Shown here one piece after another: positions 63,032 through 64,000 of a stretch of DNA of 64,000 nt. The stretch spans positions 12,028,001 to 12,092,000 of the forward strand of contig CM022667.1 of the NCBI GenBank assembly GCA_012295275.1, written 5' to 3'. The notes beneath the pieces are model-generated. The model was not told where the DNA came from and searched no databases. It saw only the letters and a list, made by a program, of their open reading frames with translations. Both the position numbers and the translations under genes were made by a program. The stretch's first letter is position 1. Each line of letters starts with the position of its first letter. This DNA is from Chrysomallon squamiferum (taxonomy: Eukaryota > Animalia > Mollusca).

Positions 63032-64000
63032 AAAAAGAAAAAAAGAATAGATATATTTACCAAGGGGAGTAATCGGAAGAGTATGCTATTCGCCAGCATG
63101 ATAACAACGACGTCTTTTTGGGGTGGGGTGGGGGGGTTGCGATGGGAGTGACGGCCCTTTGATGGGAGCAGACGAAAGCTTTGATGTTTTTCGAGAGGCG
63201 ATGAACACGTTGAATTGGGACATGACAAAGTGACAAAGTTTCTCACATTCTCAGTGCACTTGTCACAGGCAGAAACGAGAGATTCTGCTTTTTTTTTACG
63301 TCTGCCCAGCAGAGCAAACAGAGAAATTCACTTTGTGAAAACTTTCACACGACGCATCGGTCGAGCTGCAGTTTCTGTTTTTAGTCCTTCAACGTTCAAA
63401 AAAAAAAAAAAAAAAAAAAAAAAAATTCTTTTTTCTTTTGTGTCTTTGGCAAAAAAAAAAAAAAAGAAGAAGAAAAAAAAATGGAGTTATGATGAAAGGA
63501 AACAGATTAAGTTAATAGATGTTCTTCCCTATTTTCTTTCAGTGAGCAGTCAAACACAGAAGTACGGTCGACCGTTGTGTTGCGTGCGGGGTCGAGTTCC
63601 ACGCGGAAATCAAAGATTTGGGAGTTCTGCGAGTGACGTGCAAGCACGTGTGTGTCAGCTGACCTGCGTGCGCGGCGGTGTGGGTGGCGCGACCACAACA
63701 ACAACAACAACAACCACAACGACCACGTGGCTGGAATCGAGACGGCGACGGCTGTCGTTTTGTTCTCGTAACAAAATTATTTTCTTTCATTTTTTTTTGT
63801 TTTGTTTTTTGAATTCTTTTCATATGTGTGTGTGTGCGTACGTATGTATGTGTATGTGTGTACGTGTGTGTGTGTGTTTATATATATATATTAAATTTAA
63901 CATCTTAATTATTCATAACAGATACTTGCAGAATATTAATCACAACTTAGTAAGTATACGATGCCGTACTGTACTTACTAAACTGATTGTAAGATAAACC

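Overview
AT-rich, microsatellite-laden animal genomic DNA; a protostome/spiralian such as a mollusc is my guess, not something the sequence proves. The only gene I can support is a spliced Iroquois/Irx TALE-homeobox gene on the minus strand. I reconstructed six coding exons by hand (19654-19586, 13890-13678, 8962-8850, 8249-7914, 1887-1156, 808-789), all with GT-AG introns and matching phases. They encode the N-terminal IRO-A motif, a divergent TALE homeodomain, an acidic tract and the C-terminal IRO box; the protein is 493 aa after correction. As given, the homeobox carries one extra base at 8092/8093, which puts helix 3 (WFANARRR) out of frame. This is either an assembly error or a recent null allele. 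A CCAAT/GC-box promoter with a CTCF-like site lies at about 19.95-20.1 kb. The remaining ~44 kb upstream has no recognisable coding sequence. It looks like an Irx-type regulatory desert: CpG-containing unique islands with CTCF-, TCF-, Su(H)- and YY1/Pho-like motifs, separated by simple repeats, plus two inverted repeats and several minisatellites. Nearly all ORFs in the supplied track are repeat artefacts.
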